Assembly (NCBI GenBank): GCA_023412665.1 | Contig: JAEZCA010000059.1 | Span: 5,163-69,162, forward strand | DNA: 64,000 nucleotides | From: Bacillota bacterium | Lineage (GTDB): Bacteria; Bacillota; Clostridia; Acetivibrionales; DTU013 | Reading direction: 5' to 3' | In this document: positions 1 through 9,972 of the stretch, one piece after another | How positions within the stretch are numbered: position 1 is the first letter of the stretch | How the letters are laid out: each line of letters opens with the position of its first letter | Made by a program: the position numbers and the translations under genes | Notes under the pieces: model-generated | The model's input: only the letters and a program-made list of their open reading frames with translations | Database searches by the model: none | Told to the model about the DNA's origin: nothing

Positions 1-859
1 GAGGTCCCTGCTTTTCTAATATATCCAGCGGAATAGACAGCTTTCCAAGGTCATGGAGCAAGCCTGCGATCTTCATCCTTTTCTGATCGTTCTTGGAAAA
101 TGACATTTTAGCCGCAAGCTGTACCGCACATTCAGCTACTCCCACCGAATGGGTGGCCGTGAAGCTGCTTCTGAAATCTATAATACCGGTAAATACTTCT
201 GCAATGGCTATCATTTTATTTAAGTCTGCAAATGCTTTTACATTCCTTAACAGATCGATAAGGATTCCATCTATGTAAGGGCTTATAAGGTCAAACCAGA
301 AATATTCTCTGTCAGATATGGCCAAAAAAGCATCCACAGCGTCAGGCATAAACATTGTGCCCCTTCCGCCGTGTATCGTTTCAATTATATTTCCGCGTTG
401 CTGCAATACTTCGTTCGTTCTGTCCATCAGGACATCTATCCTGTCAGCAAGATGCAGTATATAGCTTCCCAGAGGTATTTCGGCCCCTTCACTTCTCTGT
501 TTGTCTGTCTCATTCCAATATAGATGGTGGTATCTTATGATTTCAGCAGGAATCCTGAGTTCCTCTATCTTACAAAGGATCTGCCAGCCCTTTATACCAT
601 GCTGGAGCCTTTCATCCCTTGTGTCGCCAAAGTCAAACCTGAAAGATCTCAGCTTTTCATCATCATGTATTGCACCGCAGTCATGCAGAAGTCCGGCAAT
701 AAGAATCAAGAGCCTGTCCCTTTCAGGAAGTTCAATTTCGCAGGATATTGAATACGCAATATATGCGACACGCTTATGATGATCTGCCATTTGAGGAGAA
801 ACAAGATCTATTGCACTGGATAAGCCTATTGCTACGTCTGTTAATGGTATTCCCGGCAT
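1..859 (-). CDS. HD-GYP / HD-domain phosphohydrolase, partial (C-terminus lies left of the window)
   Basis: Absent from the ORF track because its stop is off-window. My minus-strand translation from ATG 859-857 (SD AAAGGGG upstream) reads MPGIPLTDVAIGLSSAIDLVSPQMADHHKRVAYIAYSI..LIAGLLHDCGAI..IIRYHHLYWNE. A second module follows: ..FTATHSVGVAECAVQLA..KIAGLLHDLGKLSIP. These are tandem HD modules. The frame is open to position 1. Confidence 0.7.
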   Translation of the reverse strand, partial: MPGIPLTDVAIGLSSAIDLVSPQMADHHKRVAYIAYSISCEIELPERDRLLILIAGLLHDCGAIHDDEKLRSFRFDFGDTRDERLQHGIKGWQILCKIEELRIPAEIIRYHHLYWNETDKQRSEGAEIPLGSYILHLADRIDVLMDRTNEVLQQRGNIIETIHGGRGTMFMPDAVDAFLAISDREYFWFDLISPYIDGILIDLLRNVKAFADLNKMIAIAEVFTGIIDFRSSFTATHSVGVAECAVQLAAKMSFSKNDQKRMKIAGLLHDLGKLSIPLDILEKQGP

Positions 860-937
860 GTATGAGACCCCTTTGTTGTGTTTGTTGCAGTGATTATTAA
901 CATAATGATACCATACCACCAGTTATGAAAACAACAG

Positions 938-1681
938 TCACTCTCCATCAAAATAAGAAATGATTATATCTCTTTTCTTGTAATACTTGGCCAGATATTT
1001 ATTGTTTAACCCTAATCTGTCATAACCGCCGGTTCCCCGCTGATATATCGAAAGGGCCGTATCCCTCTTGGCCTTACCCTCTTTGTCCTTTACGCGTTCA
1101 TCCTGAAGTATCCAGCTGTAGAAGGCAGTTCCCCATTTGATGTTTACGGCTCCATCGAGAGGCTTGTTTTCAGTGCCCAGGGTTTTAGAAAGATTAGGCC
1201 CGTAATCGGCGGATATTTGAAAGTATCCCTTGTATTTTCCGCTGGAGCATTTTTCATCAAAATTACTTTCAAGTGATATAAGCGCCAGCATGTCTATGTA
1301 ATTCAGCCCTCTCTCATCACAGCATTCCCATAGCAGCTTCTGGTGCTCCTTTTTCATTGGAATATCGGGACAATACCATTGGCTTTCATCCTCCTTCGGC
1401 TTGCCAAAGCCGGCTGCTGCTTTTATCTCTTCCGAAGCATTTCCCTCTATGTCCGCGGCATGGGCTGTGATCAGCTCCGTGCCGGATAAGAACTTCGCAG
1501 CTTCAAGAACAGCCAGTGTCTCCAGAGAGACATCATATTCTTCAGCTATAGCAGCAACCTCTTCCAAGGGCATCGCTTTTACAGCCTCACTCATGACCGG
1601 TATGGAAGATGGTTCCGCCAGGCCTGTTGATGTAAGCATCAGCGCTGTCAGTATACTGATCAAATCCTTTACCAGCTCCAC
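938..1681 (-). CDS. secreted lytic transglycosylase (SLT domain) protein
   Basis: N-terminal hydrophobic signal-like segment. SLT-type catalytic region LALISLESNFD..GKYKGYFQIS..YSW. Confidence 0.65.
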   Translation of the reverse strand: MELVKDLISILTALMLTSTGLAEPSSIPVMSEAVKAMPLEEVAAIAEEYDVSLETLAVLEAAKFLSGTELITAHAADIEGNASEEIKAAAGFGKPKEDESQWYCPDIPMKKEHQKLLWECCDERGLNYIDMLALISLESNFDEKCSSGKYKGYFQISADYGPNLSKTLGTENKPLDGAVNIKWGTAFYSWILQDERVKDKEGKAKRDTALSIYQRGTGGYDRLGLNNKYLAKYYKKRDIIISYFDGE

Positions 1682-1722
1682 TTTTTCTCCTCCTGCTGCC
1701 GAATGCCCTGTAAATCAGGCAA

Positions 1723-2433
1723 TCAGCTGATCGTATGGTGAAGTATCACTTGTACTTCATTTCTGATATGCATATGGTCTGTCCCAACACTGCAGTCAAA
1801 TGCAAGCACCTGTACACCTTTTTTGCTGACATGGGACAGAGTATCCGCAAATTCCTTGTGGGTAAGGACATTTGGTGTGAAATACTTTATGCCCCCCATT
1901 TGTATTATAAAAATCACCACTGCCGAAAAGCCATCGCCAAGACTATTGCATAATTCCTTAAGGTGCCTGACTCCCCTTTCGGTCGGTGCATCAGGAAACA
2001 TCGCAATGCCATCATTCTCAAGGGTAACGCCTTTTACCTCTATCAGTATCCTTTGGGTCCCTGCAGTGACTAAAAAATCTATCCGAGAGCCGCCATAAAT
2101 AAATTCTGGCTTTATATCAGTGATATCAAACGGCAGTCCACCATTTGAGAGCCACTCAAATACGGCTTTGTTGGGAGCCTGTGAGTCGATGTTTACGATC
2201 CGTGCTCCCTTCACGACAGAGATCAGAGACCATTTTGTCTTTCGTTTGGCAGGGTCATGACGCTGTAGATATACGACTGCCCCGGGTACAAGCAATTCTT
2301 CACAGCGGCCTGTATTTTTTACATGTGCGGTTTCAAGTTTGCCGTCAATGATCACATTTGCAATAAAACGGTTTGGACGTGAAACGAACTCCCCTTTATA
2401 TATCTCCTCGTACTTCAAGCATCCACCCCTCAA
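1723..2433 (-). CDS. sfsA: sugar fermentation stimulation protein SfsA
   Basis: 236 aa. N-terminus FVSRPNRFIANVIIDGKLETAHVKNTGRCEELLVPGAVVYL is typical of the SfsA family. Confidence 0.8.
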   Translation of the reverse strand: MRGGCLKYEEIYKGEFVSRPNRFIANVIIDGKLETAHVKNTGRCEELLVPGAVVYLQRHDPAKRKTKWSLISVVKGARIVNIDSQAPNKAVFEWLSNGGLPFDITDIKPEFIYGGSRIDFLVTAGTQRILIEVKGVTLENDGIAMFPDAPTERGVRHLKELCNSLGDGFSAVVIFIIQMGGIKYFTPNVLTHKEFADTLSHVSKKGVQVLAFDCSVGTDHMHIRNEVQVILHHTIS

Positions 2434-2513
2434 TATTATAACACATCAATCTAAAGGTTTCAAAAGCTGCTTCATTTCAGACACTCTGTTCACAGCCTCG
2501 TATCGGGCAGGAG

Positions 2514-4190
2514 TCATTTCCTTTTTCTCTTGTTGATACGTCTGACAACAGGCTTCTTGTTAGACTTTTCTATGTTTACCTTTCTTCCCTTCAGCGTGTA
2601 GTCCTTCATGGAATCCAGGACCTTTCTGGCATACTCCCTCGGAACCTCCACAAAGGTATAGCTCTCATATATATCGATAGCTCCGATTAGCTTTCCGGGC
2701 AGGCCGGACGTGGAAGCAATGCTCTGAACTATATTTCCCGGCTCGATTCTGTCCTTTCTTCCTACATTGATAAACAATCTTACATAACCGGCCTCTGCTC
2801 CCATATCCTCATTGTCCGCATCAGCGCCGGGGTCCTCCTCTGCTAAAGCCGCGCTGCCTGCTTCTTTTGATTCTGCAGCGCCCGCCGGTCCGGATATCAT
2901 TTTCAGCATGGCTGATGCAAAGTCAAGCGGGCTGACAAAGCTGTCTCCTTCAGAGGTAGAGTTGATTTCTTCTATTAACCTCTCGATATAGCCGGCATAC
3001 TTGGCCAGGTCTGCCTCAAAGATACTCTTTCTGGCTGTGTTCAGTATTTTGCTCATCCTTGTCTCTTCCACATCCATGATGGACGGAGGTGTCATACGGT
3101 TGATGACTGCTTTTGTGAAACGCTGGATATCCTTGAGCTTGTTGATTTCCCGTCCGACGATAAACGAGTAAGCTTTGCCTGCCCTTCCTGCCCTACCGGT
3201 CCTGCCTATTCTATGGACATAGTATTCGTCATCACTTGGCAGGTCATAGTTGAATACGGCCTCCACATCATCCACATCTATTCCGCGGGCAGCAACATCC
3301 GTAGCAATCAATATATCAAAGCTGCCGTTCCTGAATTTTGACATGACCCTGTCTCTCTGATCCTGCTTCATATCTCCATGGAGCGCTTCTGCCGCATAGC
3401 CTCTGGACTGGAGATCAGAGGCAAGCTCATCCACCCGTTTCTTTGTGTTGCAGAAGACAAGTGCAAGCTTTATATCGTTTGTATCTATTATTCTGGACAA
3501 GACCTCGCTCTTTGTAGCATTGTTCACCATGAGATAGTACTGCTCAATACTTGGCACAGTGAGCTCCTTGTGGGATATTTTAACATGAGTCGGATCCTTC
3601 AGATATTTGTTGGTCAGTTCCAATATTTCCTTTGGCATCGTTGCTGAAAACAGTATTGTCTGCCTTTCCTCCGGAACCTCCTTCAGGATAGTGTCGATAT
3701 CCTCCCGAAAGCCCATATTCAGCATCTCGTCGGCTTCATCGAGTATTATCATTCTCAGGTTGGCCAGTTTCAGTGTGCGTCTGCGCATATGATCCATGAC
3801 CCTGCCCGGAGTCCCGATAATGATCTGGGGACGGTTCTTCAGCGCCCTTATCTGTCTATCAATGGGCTGGCCGCCGTAGACCGGAAGTATCCTGATGCCG
3901 CTTTTATATTTTGAGATGCTCTTGAGTTCTTCCGATGACTGGATGGCAAGTTCCCTCGTCGGACACAGGACCAGCACCTGGATGCTTTCGCTGTCCGTAT
4001 CCAGCATTTCCACAGCAGGTATGCCAAAAGCACAGGTCTTTCCGGTACCGGTCTGAGCCTGCCCGATAACATCGCGGCCGCTGAATATATTAGGGATCGC
4101 CTGGGCCTGTATGGGTGTTGCTTCTTCAAAGCCCATGTCGTCGATCCCTCTTTGCATTTCGTCTGATAAATTCAATTCTCTGAATTTCAT
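2514..4190 (-). CDS. DEAD-box ATP-dependent RNA helicase with DbpA-like C-terminal RNA-binding domain
   Basis: Q-motif GFEEATPIQ, Walker A AQTGTGKT, DEAD box, SAT, and HRIGRTGRAG. The C-terminal YVRLFINVGRKDRIEPGNIV segment resembles the DbpA RBD. Confidence 0.9.
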   Translation of the reverse strand: MKFRELNLSDEMQRGIDDMGFEEATPIQAQAIPNIFSGRDVIGQAQTGTGKTCAFGIPAVEMLDTDSESIQVLVLCPTRELAIQSSEELKSISKYKSGIRILPVYGGQPIDRQIRALKNRPQIIIGTPGRVMDHMRRRTLKLANLRMIILDEADEMLNMGFREDIDTILKEVPEERQTILFSATMPKEILELTNKYLKDPTHVKISHKELTVPSIEQYYLMVNNATKSEVLSRIIDTNDIKLALVFCNTKKRVDELASDLQSRGYAAEALHGDMKQDQRDRVMSKFRNGSFDILIATDVAARGIDVDDVEAVFNYDLPSDDEYYVHRIGRTGRAGRAGKAYSFIVGREINKLKDIQRFTKAVINRMTPPSIMDVEETRMSKILNTARKSIFEADLAKYAGYIERLIEEINSTSEGDSFVSPLDFASAMLKMISGPAGAAESKEAGSAALAEEDPGADADNEDMGAEAGYVRLFINVGRKDRIEPGNIVQSIASTSGLPGKLIGAIDIYESYTFVEVPREYARKVLDSMKDYTLKGRKVNIEKSNKKPVVRRINKRKRK

Positions 4191-4348
4191 AATAATATAT
4201 TGGCTCCTTCTTGTTTAAATAGTGTATTTATTTTCAGCAATAAAGCACCAATATATGATTAGTGTTCAGAAATCATACGAAAGTGCGGTTATGCATAAAA
4301 GTATCCTGATTATAACACAATGAACGGAATTCTGCCATCCGCGGTCCA

Positions 4349-4933
4349 TCAGACCGCGCTGTTGACCCTGTTTCCTGTCGGTGGGATTTTGCTGTTCTTA
4401 TATTGGGTCACTGCGCTGTTCTTATTGCCGCCCGAGGCCGTGACAGTCCTTGTCACACCTCCGGAGGCGTAGGCCCGTCCACATTCCGGGCATACAGACA
4501 TGAATATACTGACGCTTTGAGAAATGACACGCTTTCCCTCGGATCTGGCCTTTGCCTGCTCATTGACCACATGCTCCTGCTCATGGGATCTGACCACGGC
4601 AGCTGAACTTCCGGGATCTATATGCCCCGGAGCCTTGAAGGACACACCGGGATCGTTGGAGCCATCCTGATATGTACGGTCCTTGCAGGTCTGGCATTCC
4701 ACTTTCCCCATCTGCTTGAGCGTCTGCAGTTCTGCCGCTTTATGAGGCATTCCGACTGCCGGCTCGATGCCGTTAGTTCCGACGGCATTTGAACCTCCCA
4801 CGGCTGCAGCATTTGCCGCTCTGGCTTCACCGGCCCCCGCCGGCACGGCATGAGATGTCTGTGTATTGCTTTTTGCCGGCCAATCATAGTATCCATTATA
4901 CGTTATAGACTGACCGATACCATAAATACTCAT
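4349..4933 (-). CDS. SprA-related / putative metalloprotease (CJM1_0395-like) family protein
   Basis: Conserved core YQDGSNDPGVSFKAPGHIDPGSSAAVVRSHEQEHV plus a Cys pair CPECG. Family assignment is from memory of the motif. Confidence 0.5.
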   Translation of the reverse strand: MSIYGIGQSITYNGYYDWPAKSNTQTSHAVPAGAGEARAANAAAVGGSNAVGTNGIEPAVGMPHKAAELQTLKQMGKVECQTCKDRTYQDGSNDPGVSFKAPGHIDPGSSAAVVRSHEQEHVVNEQAKARSEGKRVISQSVSIFMSVCPECGRAYASGGVTRTVTASGGNKNSAVTQYKNSKIPPTGNRVNSAV

Positions 4934-5020
4934 CTCACACCTCCCGGCAGATCATTTGTCAATATATTATACTATATATTCCGGTCAACATAAATAAGCC
5001 TATGTGACCATTTTATCATA

Positions 5021-6175
5021 TCAGGACAAGCGGTGCTTGAAATCTTCGTATCCGAAGCTTCGGATTATCCTGATGCCCTTTTTTTCGCTGTACAGGGCAA
5101 TAGATGGCAGGTTGACCCCGTTGAAGGTATTGTTCTTCACCATGGTATAGTGGGCCATATCGCTGAAAATCAGCCGATCGCCAGGCTTCAGCGGTTTTTT
5201 GAAGGAATAGTTCCCTATGACATCGCCGGCAAGGCAGGTATTGCCTCCGAGCCTGTATGTGAACTCAAATTCACCAGGTTCCCCCGCGCCAATGATCTGC
5301 GGTCTGTATGGCATCTCAAGCACGTCAGGCATATGGCAGGCAGCTGATGTGTCAAGTATGGCTATCTCCATATTATTTTTAACGATATCCAGCACAGAGC
5401 CGACAAGATAACCGGTATTGAGTGCAACGGCCTCGCCCGGTTCAAGATAGACCCGCACCCCATACTTGTCCTTGAAGTACAATATAGATCGTATGAGAGT
5501 CTCTATATCATAATCTTTTCTGGTGATATGGTGACCGCCGCCAAAATTGACCCATTTCATGCCACGTATGTATTTGCCGAACCTTTCATCCACCACCTTT
5601 ACAGTCCTCTCAAGGGTGTCGGAATTCTGCTCGCACATGGTATGGAAGTGCAGACCGTCAATGCCATCCAGCTCATCCGGCCTGAAATTTTCTAAAGTAA
5701 CGCCAAAACGGGAATTAATGCCGCATGGGTTATATATGTCGGTTGTAATCTCAGAGTATTCCGGGTTGATCCTGATACCGCATTCTATCCTTTTAGATGC
5801 TCCGTCAGCTTCATTATAAGCCCTAACTCTGTCCTTGAATTTGTTCCACTGGCCAAAGGAGTTGAATACAATGTGGTCGCTGTATTCCATTATTTCGTCG
5901 AACTCCTCATCCAGGTATGCGGGAGCATATATATGGACTTCCTTCTTCATTTCCTCGAAGCCCAGCCTTGCCTCAAACAAGGAGCTTGATGTGACGCCTG
6001 CCAGGTAATCCGCTATCAACGGATAGACAGAGAACATCGAGAAAGCCTTTTGCGCCAGCAGAATGGAGCAGCCGGTCCTTTGCCGGACCAGCTGCAATAT
6101 TTCAAGGTTTTTTATCAACAGCTCCTCATCCACGATATAGCATGGTGATGGAAGCTTGCTAACATCGATTTTCAT
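5021..6175 (-). CDS. nspC: carboxynorspermidine/carboxyspermidine decarboxylase
   Basis: 384 aa PLP fold-III decarboxylase-like protein. It sits directly downstream of a saccharopine-dehydrogenase-family gene, the classic CANSDH-CANSDC pair. Confidence 0.8.
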   Translation of the reverse strand: MKIDVSKLPSPCYIVDEELLIKNLEILQLVRQRTGCSILLAQKAFSMFSVYPLIADYLAGVTSSSLFEARLGFEEMKKEVHIYAPAYLDEEFDEIMEYSDHIVFNSFGQWNKFKDRVRAYNEADGASKRIECGIRINPEYSEITTDIYNPCGINSRFGVTLENFRPDELDGIDGLHFHTMCEQNSDTLERTVKVVDERFGKYIRGMKWVNFGGGHHITRKDYDIETLIRSILYFKDKYGVRVYLEPGEAVALNTGYLVGSVLDIVKNNMEIAILDTSAACHMPDVLEMPYRPQIIGAGEPGEFEFTYRLGGNTCLAGDVIGNYSFKKPLKPGDRLIFSDMAHYTMVKNNTFNGVNLPSIALYSEKKGIRIIRSFGYEDFKHRLS

Positions 6176-6230
6176 TCAGTTCACTCCAATCGATTTCCCG
6201 ACCGCCCCTCCGATACAGTTGAACACCGTA

Positions 6231-7442
6231 TCAGTCCACAAGGCTGGGAGAAAAGTCCTCCTTCCATGGCAGGCCCCACTTGTTCAGCGCCTCCATGAAC
6301 GGATCGGGATCAAATTCTTCTATATTGTACACGCCATGCTTTTTCCAAAGGCCCTTCATGATCATCATGGCGCCGATCATGGCCGGTACGCCGGTGGTAT
6401 AGGAAATCGCCTGTGAACCGACCTCGGTATAGCATTCCTGATGGTCGCAGACATTATATACATAATATGTCCGGGGCTTTCCGTCCTTGATGCCCTGGAA
6501 AATGCAGCCTATGTTTGTCTTGCCCTTTGTCCGTGGCCCAAGCGATGCCGGATCCGGCAGCAGGGTCTTGAGGAACTGCAGCGGTATGATCTGCTTTCCT
6601 TCAAACTCCACTGGCTCGATGGATGTCATCCCAACATTCTCAAGCACTCTGAGGTGGTTGAGATAGTTATCCGAGAAGGTCATCCAGAAACGTATCCTCT
6701 TGATTCCTTTTATGTTCAGCGCCAGCGATTCCAGCTCTTCATGGTGGAGTAGGTATATATTCTTCGGGCCGATCTCAGGGAAATCGTATACTCTCTTGAC
6801 CTCCAGCGGTTCGGTCTCAACAAACCCTCCATTTTCAAAGTAGCTGCCATTGGCTGTGATCTCACGTATATTTATTTCCGGGTTGAAATTGGTCGCAAAC
6901 GGGTAACCGTGATCGCCGGCATTTGCGTCAAGAATATCGATTGAATGTATCTCATCGAAGTAATGCTTCTGAGCATATGCGCTGAACACACCGGTAACTC
7001 CCGGATCAAAGCCGCTTCCAAGCAGGGCTGTGATATGGGCCTTTTCAAACCTCTCCCTGTATGCCCACTGCCATTTGTACTCAAATTTCGCAACCTCGGG
7101 AGGTTCGTAATTGGCAGTGTCCACGTAGTGCACGCCGGTTTCAAGGCAAGCATCCATTATGGCCAGATCCTGATATGGCAAAGCAACATTTATGACTATC
7201 TCCGGCTTGAAGCTGCGGATCAGGTCCACGACCTGCTCCGTCCTGTCGGCATCCACCCCGGCCGTATGTATTTTAGTTTTGCTGCCGGGTATCCTGGCGG
7301 CTATTGATTCCTTTATAGCTTCGCATTTTGAAATTGTCCTGCTGGCAATACATATTTCCTCAAAAACCTCGGAGTTTTGCGCACATTTATGAGCAACAAC
7401 ACTGGCGACTCCGCCCGCACCGATTATCAAAGCCTTTCCCAT
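6231..7442 (-). CDS. saccharopine dehydrogenase family protein (carboxynorspermidine synthase/dehydrogenase)
   Basis: N-terminal Rossmann motif IIGAGGVASVVAHK. 403 aa. Paired with nspC. Confidence 0.8.
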   Translation of the reverse strand: MGKALIIGAGGVASVVAHKCAQNSEVFEEICIASRTISKCEAIKESIAARIPGSKTKIHTAGVDADRTEQVVDLIRSFKPEIVINVALPYQDLAIMDACLETGVHYVDTANYEPPEVAKFEYKWQWAYRERFEKAHITALLGSGFDPGVTGVFSAYAQKHYFDEIHSIDILDANAGDHGYPFATNFNPEINIREITANGSYFENGGFVETEPLEVKRVYDFPEIGPKNIYLLHHEELESLALNIKGIKRIRFWMTFSDNYLNHLRVLENVGMTSIEPVEFEGKQIIPLQFLKTLLPDPASLGPRTKGKTNIGCIFQGIKDGKPRTYYVYNVCDHQECYTEVGSQAISYTTGVPAMIGAMMIMKGLWKKHGVYNIEEFDPDPFMEALNKWGLPWKEDFSPSLVD

Positions 7443-7634
7443 CTGCTTCCTCCAATCCTTGTCCTTTTTTTGTCAGTGAAATGATTATAACATATAATTA
7501 AAAGAAAATTTTTTATTTGTAGAAAAATTTTCTTGTATCAGCATACTGATTTATTAATATTCACCGGCTTATTTTTATCCGCCGCAACACATTATCACCG
7601 GTCAAGCCAGGCCCTTCCCAAGCATCTCCGCCAT

Positions 7635-8519
7635 TTATGCCTTCTCCACCAGCTCTACAAGCTTTCTGGCGGCCGGCGACAGTGAAACACTCTTAAGATA
7701 GCAGAACCCGATGCCCCTGGGGGGGATGTTTTCAGAAAGCTCAAGCTTATACAGCCTGGATGATTTGAGATATTCTTTTGAAAACTCCTCTACGACACAG
7801 GCAATGCCGAAATTGAACCTGGCAAACTCAAGCAGAAGATCGTGTGAGCCCAGTTCTATTTCAGGTGTGACCTTGAACCCTTTTGACGACATATACCTTT
7901 CTACATACAGTCTGGAATTTGATTTTCGCTCCAACAATATCATCGGCAGTCTGACGATCTCCTCAAGGCTTACAGGGCCATTGCACATTTCCCTGTATTT
8001 TTCACCGCATACAAAAATATCGTGTATATCTGTGCACTTTCTTGTTTCGAGCGCCGGATCCTTCACCGGAAAGTTGCATACGGCTATGTCCGTCTCTCCG
8101 GATTTCAGGAGAGCGCAAAGCTCAGTCGTAGTACGGTTGATAATCTTTAAATTAATATTGGGGAACCTGTTTCGGAATATTTCAAGATATGGCAGCAAGA
8201 AATATTTGGATATGGTATCGCCCACTCCGATCTTCATCTCCCCTACCTTCAGGTTGCGTGATTCAAGCAGCTTGTTTTCTCCTACATGAATGAGATTGAT
8301 AGCCGAATTGACATGTTCGAATAATAGCTGCCCGTCATTTGTAAGCATGACGCCCTTCGAGGTCCTGGTAAATAAACGTATCCCAAGCTCCTTCTCCAGG
8401 TTCATGACAGCCTGGCTTACCGCAGGCTGAGTCATATAAAGCTCCTTTGCCGCCTTTGAGAAGCTCTTGCACCTTGCCACCTCACAAAATATCTTATACA
8501 GGTCCAATCTCGTTACCAT
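7635..8519 (-). CDS. LysR-family transcriptional regulator
   Basis: HTH region FCEVARCKSFSKAAKELYMTQPAVSQAVMNLEKELG. I place the start at ATG 8519 (SD GGGAG). The longer track ORF to 8618 runs into a repeat element. Confidence 0.85.
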   Translation of the reverse strand: MVTRLDLYKIFCEVARCKSFSKAAKELYMTQPAVSQAVMNLEKELGIRLFTRTSKGVMLTNDGQLLFEHVNSAINLIHVGENKLLESRNLKVGEMKIGVGDTISKYFLLPYLEIFRNRFPNINLKIINRTTTELCALLKSGETDIAVCNFPVKDPALETRKCTDIHDIFVCGEKYREMCNGPVSLEEIVRLPMILLERKSNSRLYVERYMSSKGFKVTPEIELGSHDLLLEFARFNFGIACVVEEFSKEYLKSSRLYKLELSENIPPRGIGFCYLKSVSLSPAARKLVELVEKA

Positions 8520-8531
8520 ATAACTCCCGTT

Positions 8532-8634
8532 TATAACGCATCTGAAAGGCAAATCGGTACCAGCAACCAAGCGTTTTTCAGCCTGAAGGGCTGAAAATAC
8601 GCATAGATGTGGGGACATATAACGCCTCGTTATA
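8532..8634 (+). repeat. dispersed structured intergenic repeat, family A, copy 1 (TATAACG...CGTTATA termini)
   Basis: Roughly 85% identical by eye to 52194-52311. Core: CTGAAAGGCAAATCGG..CCAAGCGTTTTTCAGCC-loop-GGCTGAAAATACG..GTGGGG..CGCCTCGTTATA. It contains a 13-bp hairpin and ends in the perfect palindrome TATAACGCCTCGTTATA (8618-8634). Confidence 0.8.
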
Positions 8635-8724
8635 CAATCTATTAAAGGTATTTATTTTACTTATAGCACAGTATCACATATAATACAAGTGTTATATTAA
8701 AACTATCAGCAAGGAGTGGTATAG

Positions 8725-9915
8725 ATGGAAAGAATCACAGGAACAGTTGTCAGAGGTATAAGGGCGCCCATAATAAACAGCGGGGACGATATAGCTAAGA
8801 TAGTTGCAGACAGTGTCATGAAGGCATCTGAGATAGAAGGCTTTGCCGTCAGAGACAGAGACATAGCTGCAATTACAGAATCTGTCGTAGCCCGTTCCCA
8901 GGGCAACTACGCAAGCATTGATGCTATCGCCCAAGACATACGTTCAAAATTCGGCAATGATACCATCGGAGTCATTTTCCCCATACTAAGCCGAAACCGT
9001 TTTGCCATCTGCCTTCGCGGAATAGCAAAGGGTGCGTCGAAAATAGTGCTTATGCTGAGCTATCCTTCCGATGAAGTGGGCAACCACCTTGTAGATATTG
9101 ACCTTCTTGATGAAAAAGGAGTAAATCCGTGGACCGATGTACTGACCCTAAAGCAGTACCGTGACCTTTTCGGCTACATCAAGCATACCTTTACAGGAAT
9201 GGATTACATTGATTACTATAAATCTCTGATAGAAGAATACGGTGTTGAATGTGAAGTAATATTCTCAAACAACCCCAGGACAATATTGGAATATACAAAA
9301 AGTGTGCTTGCCTGCGACATACATACAAGGATGAGGACAAAAAGGATCCTGAAAGCAAACGGCGGCCAAAAGATATTCAGTCTTGATGAAATATTGTCTG
9401 CGCCTGTGAATGGCAGCGGATATAATGAAGAATACGGACTCCTTGGTTCAAACAAATCAACTGAGGATACCGTTAAGCTGTTCCCCCGCGACTGCAGCCA
9501 GCTGGTCGAAAAGATACAGGCAGATCTCAGGCAGCGCACCGGTAAAACCATCGAGGTAATGGTATACGGGGATGGGGCATTCAAGGATCCGGTGGGCAAG
9601 ATATGGGAGCTCGCCGACCCGGTGGTGTCTCCCGGCTATACACCCGGTCTTGAAGGCACTCCAAATGAGGTCAAGCTCAAATATCTTGCAGACAACAATT
9701 TCAGGGACCTGCGGGGAGACGAGCTCAAAAAGGCAATATCCGAATATATAAAGAACAAGGAAAGCGATCTTGTGGGCGAAATGGTTTCACAGGGGACGAC
9801 TCCCAGAAGACTGACAGATCTGATCGGTTCACTTTGCGACCTGACAAGCGGAAGCGGAGACAAGGGTACTCCGATAGTCTACATACAGGGCTATTTTGAC
9901 AATTACGCAAAATAA
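8725..9915 (+). CDS. CofE-like (F420-0:gamma-glutamyl ligase family) protein of unknown role
   Basis: 396 aa. The N-terminus RITGTVVRGIRAPIINSGDDIAKIV..AITESVVARSQG resembles the CofE/FbiB ligase fold. Divergent from the LysR gene. Confidence 0.5.
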   Translation: MERITGTVVRGIRAPIINSGDDIAKIVADSVMKASEIEGFAVRDRDIAAITESVVARSQGNYASIDAIAQDIRSKFGNDTIGVIFPILSRNRFAICLRGIAKGASKIVLMLSYPSDEVGNHLVDIDLLDEKGVNPWTDVLTLKQYRDLFGYIKHTFTGMDYIDYYKSLIEEYGVECEVIFSNNPRTILEYTKSVLACDIHTRMRTKRILKANGGQKIFSLDEILSAPVNGSGYNEEYGLLGSNKSTEDTVKLFPRDCSQLVEKIQADLRQRTGKTIEVMVYGDGAFKDPVGKIWELADPVVSPGYTPGLEGTPNEVKLKYLADNNFRDLRGDELKKAISEYIKNKESDLVGEMVSQGTTPRRLTDLIGSLCDLTSGSGDKGTPIVYIQGYFDNYAK

Positions 9916-9933
9916 CAACCGGCACTAATAGTA

Positions 9934-9966
9934 CAGCAGGGATTTATCAAATCCCTGCTGTTTTTG
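9934..9966. terminator. bidirectional intrinsic terminator between convergent genes
   Basis: CAGCAGGGATTT-ATCA-AATCCCTGCTG followed by TTTTTG. Confidence 0.8.
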
Positions 9967-9972
9967 TATCTT

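Noticed and set aside
8532-8634. Integron attC site (ends ..AAC / GTT.. with internal palindrome)
   Set aside because: No intI gene and no cassette array are present. The flanking genes are housekeeping genes with their own promoters. The ends match RYYYAAC/GTTRRRY only partially.
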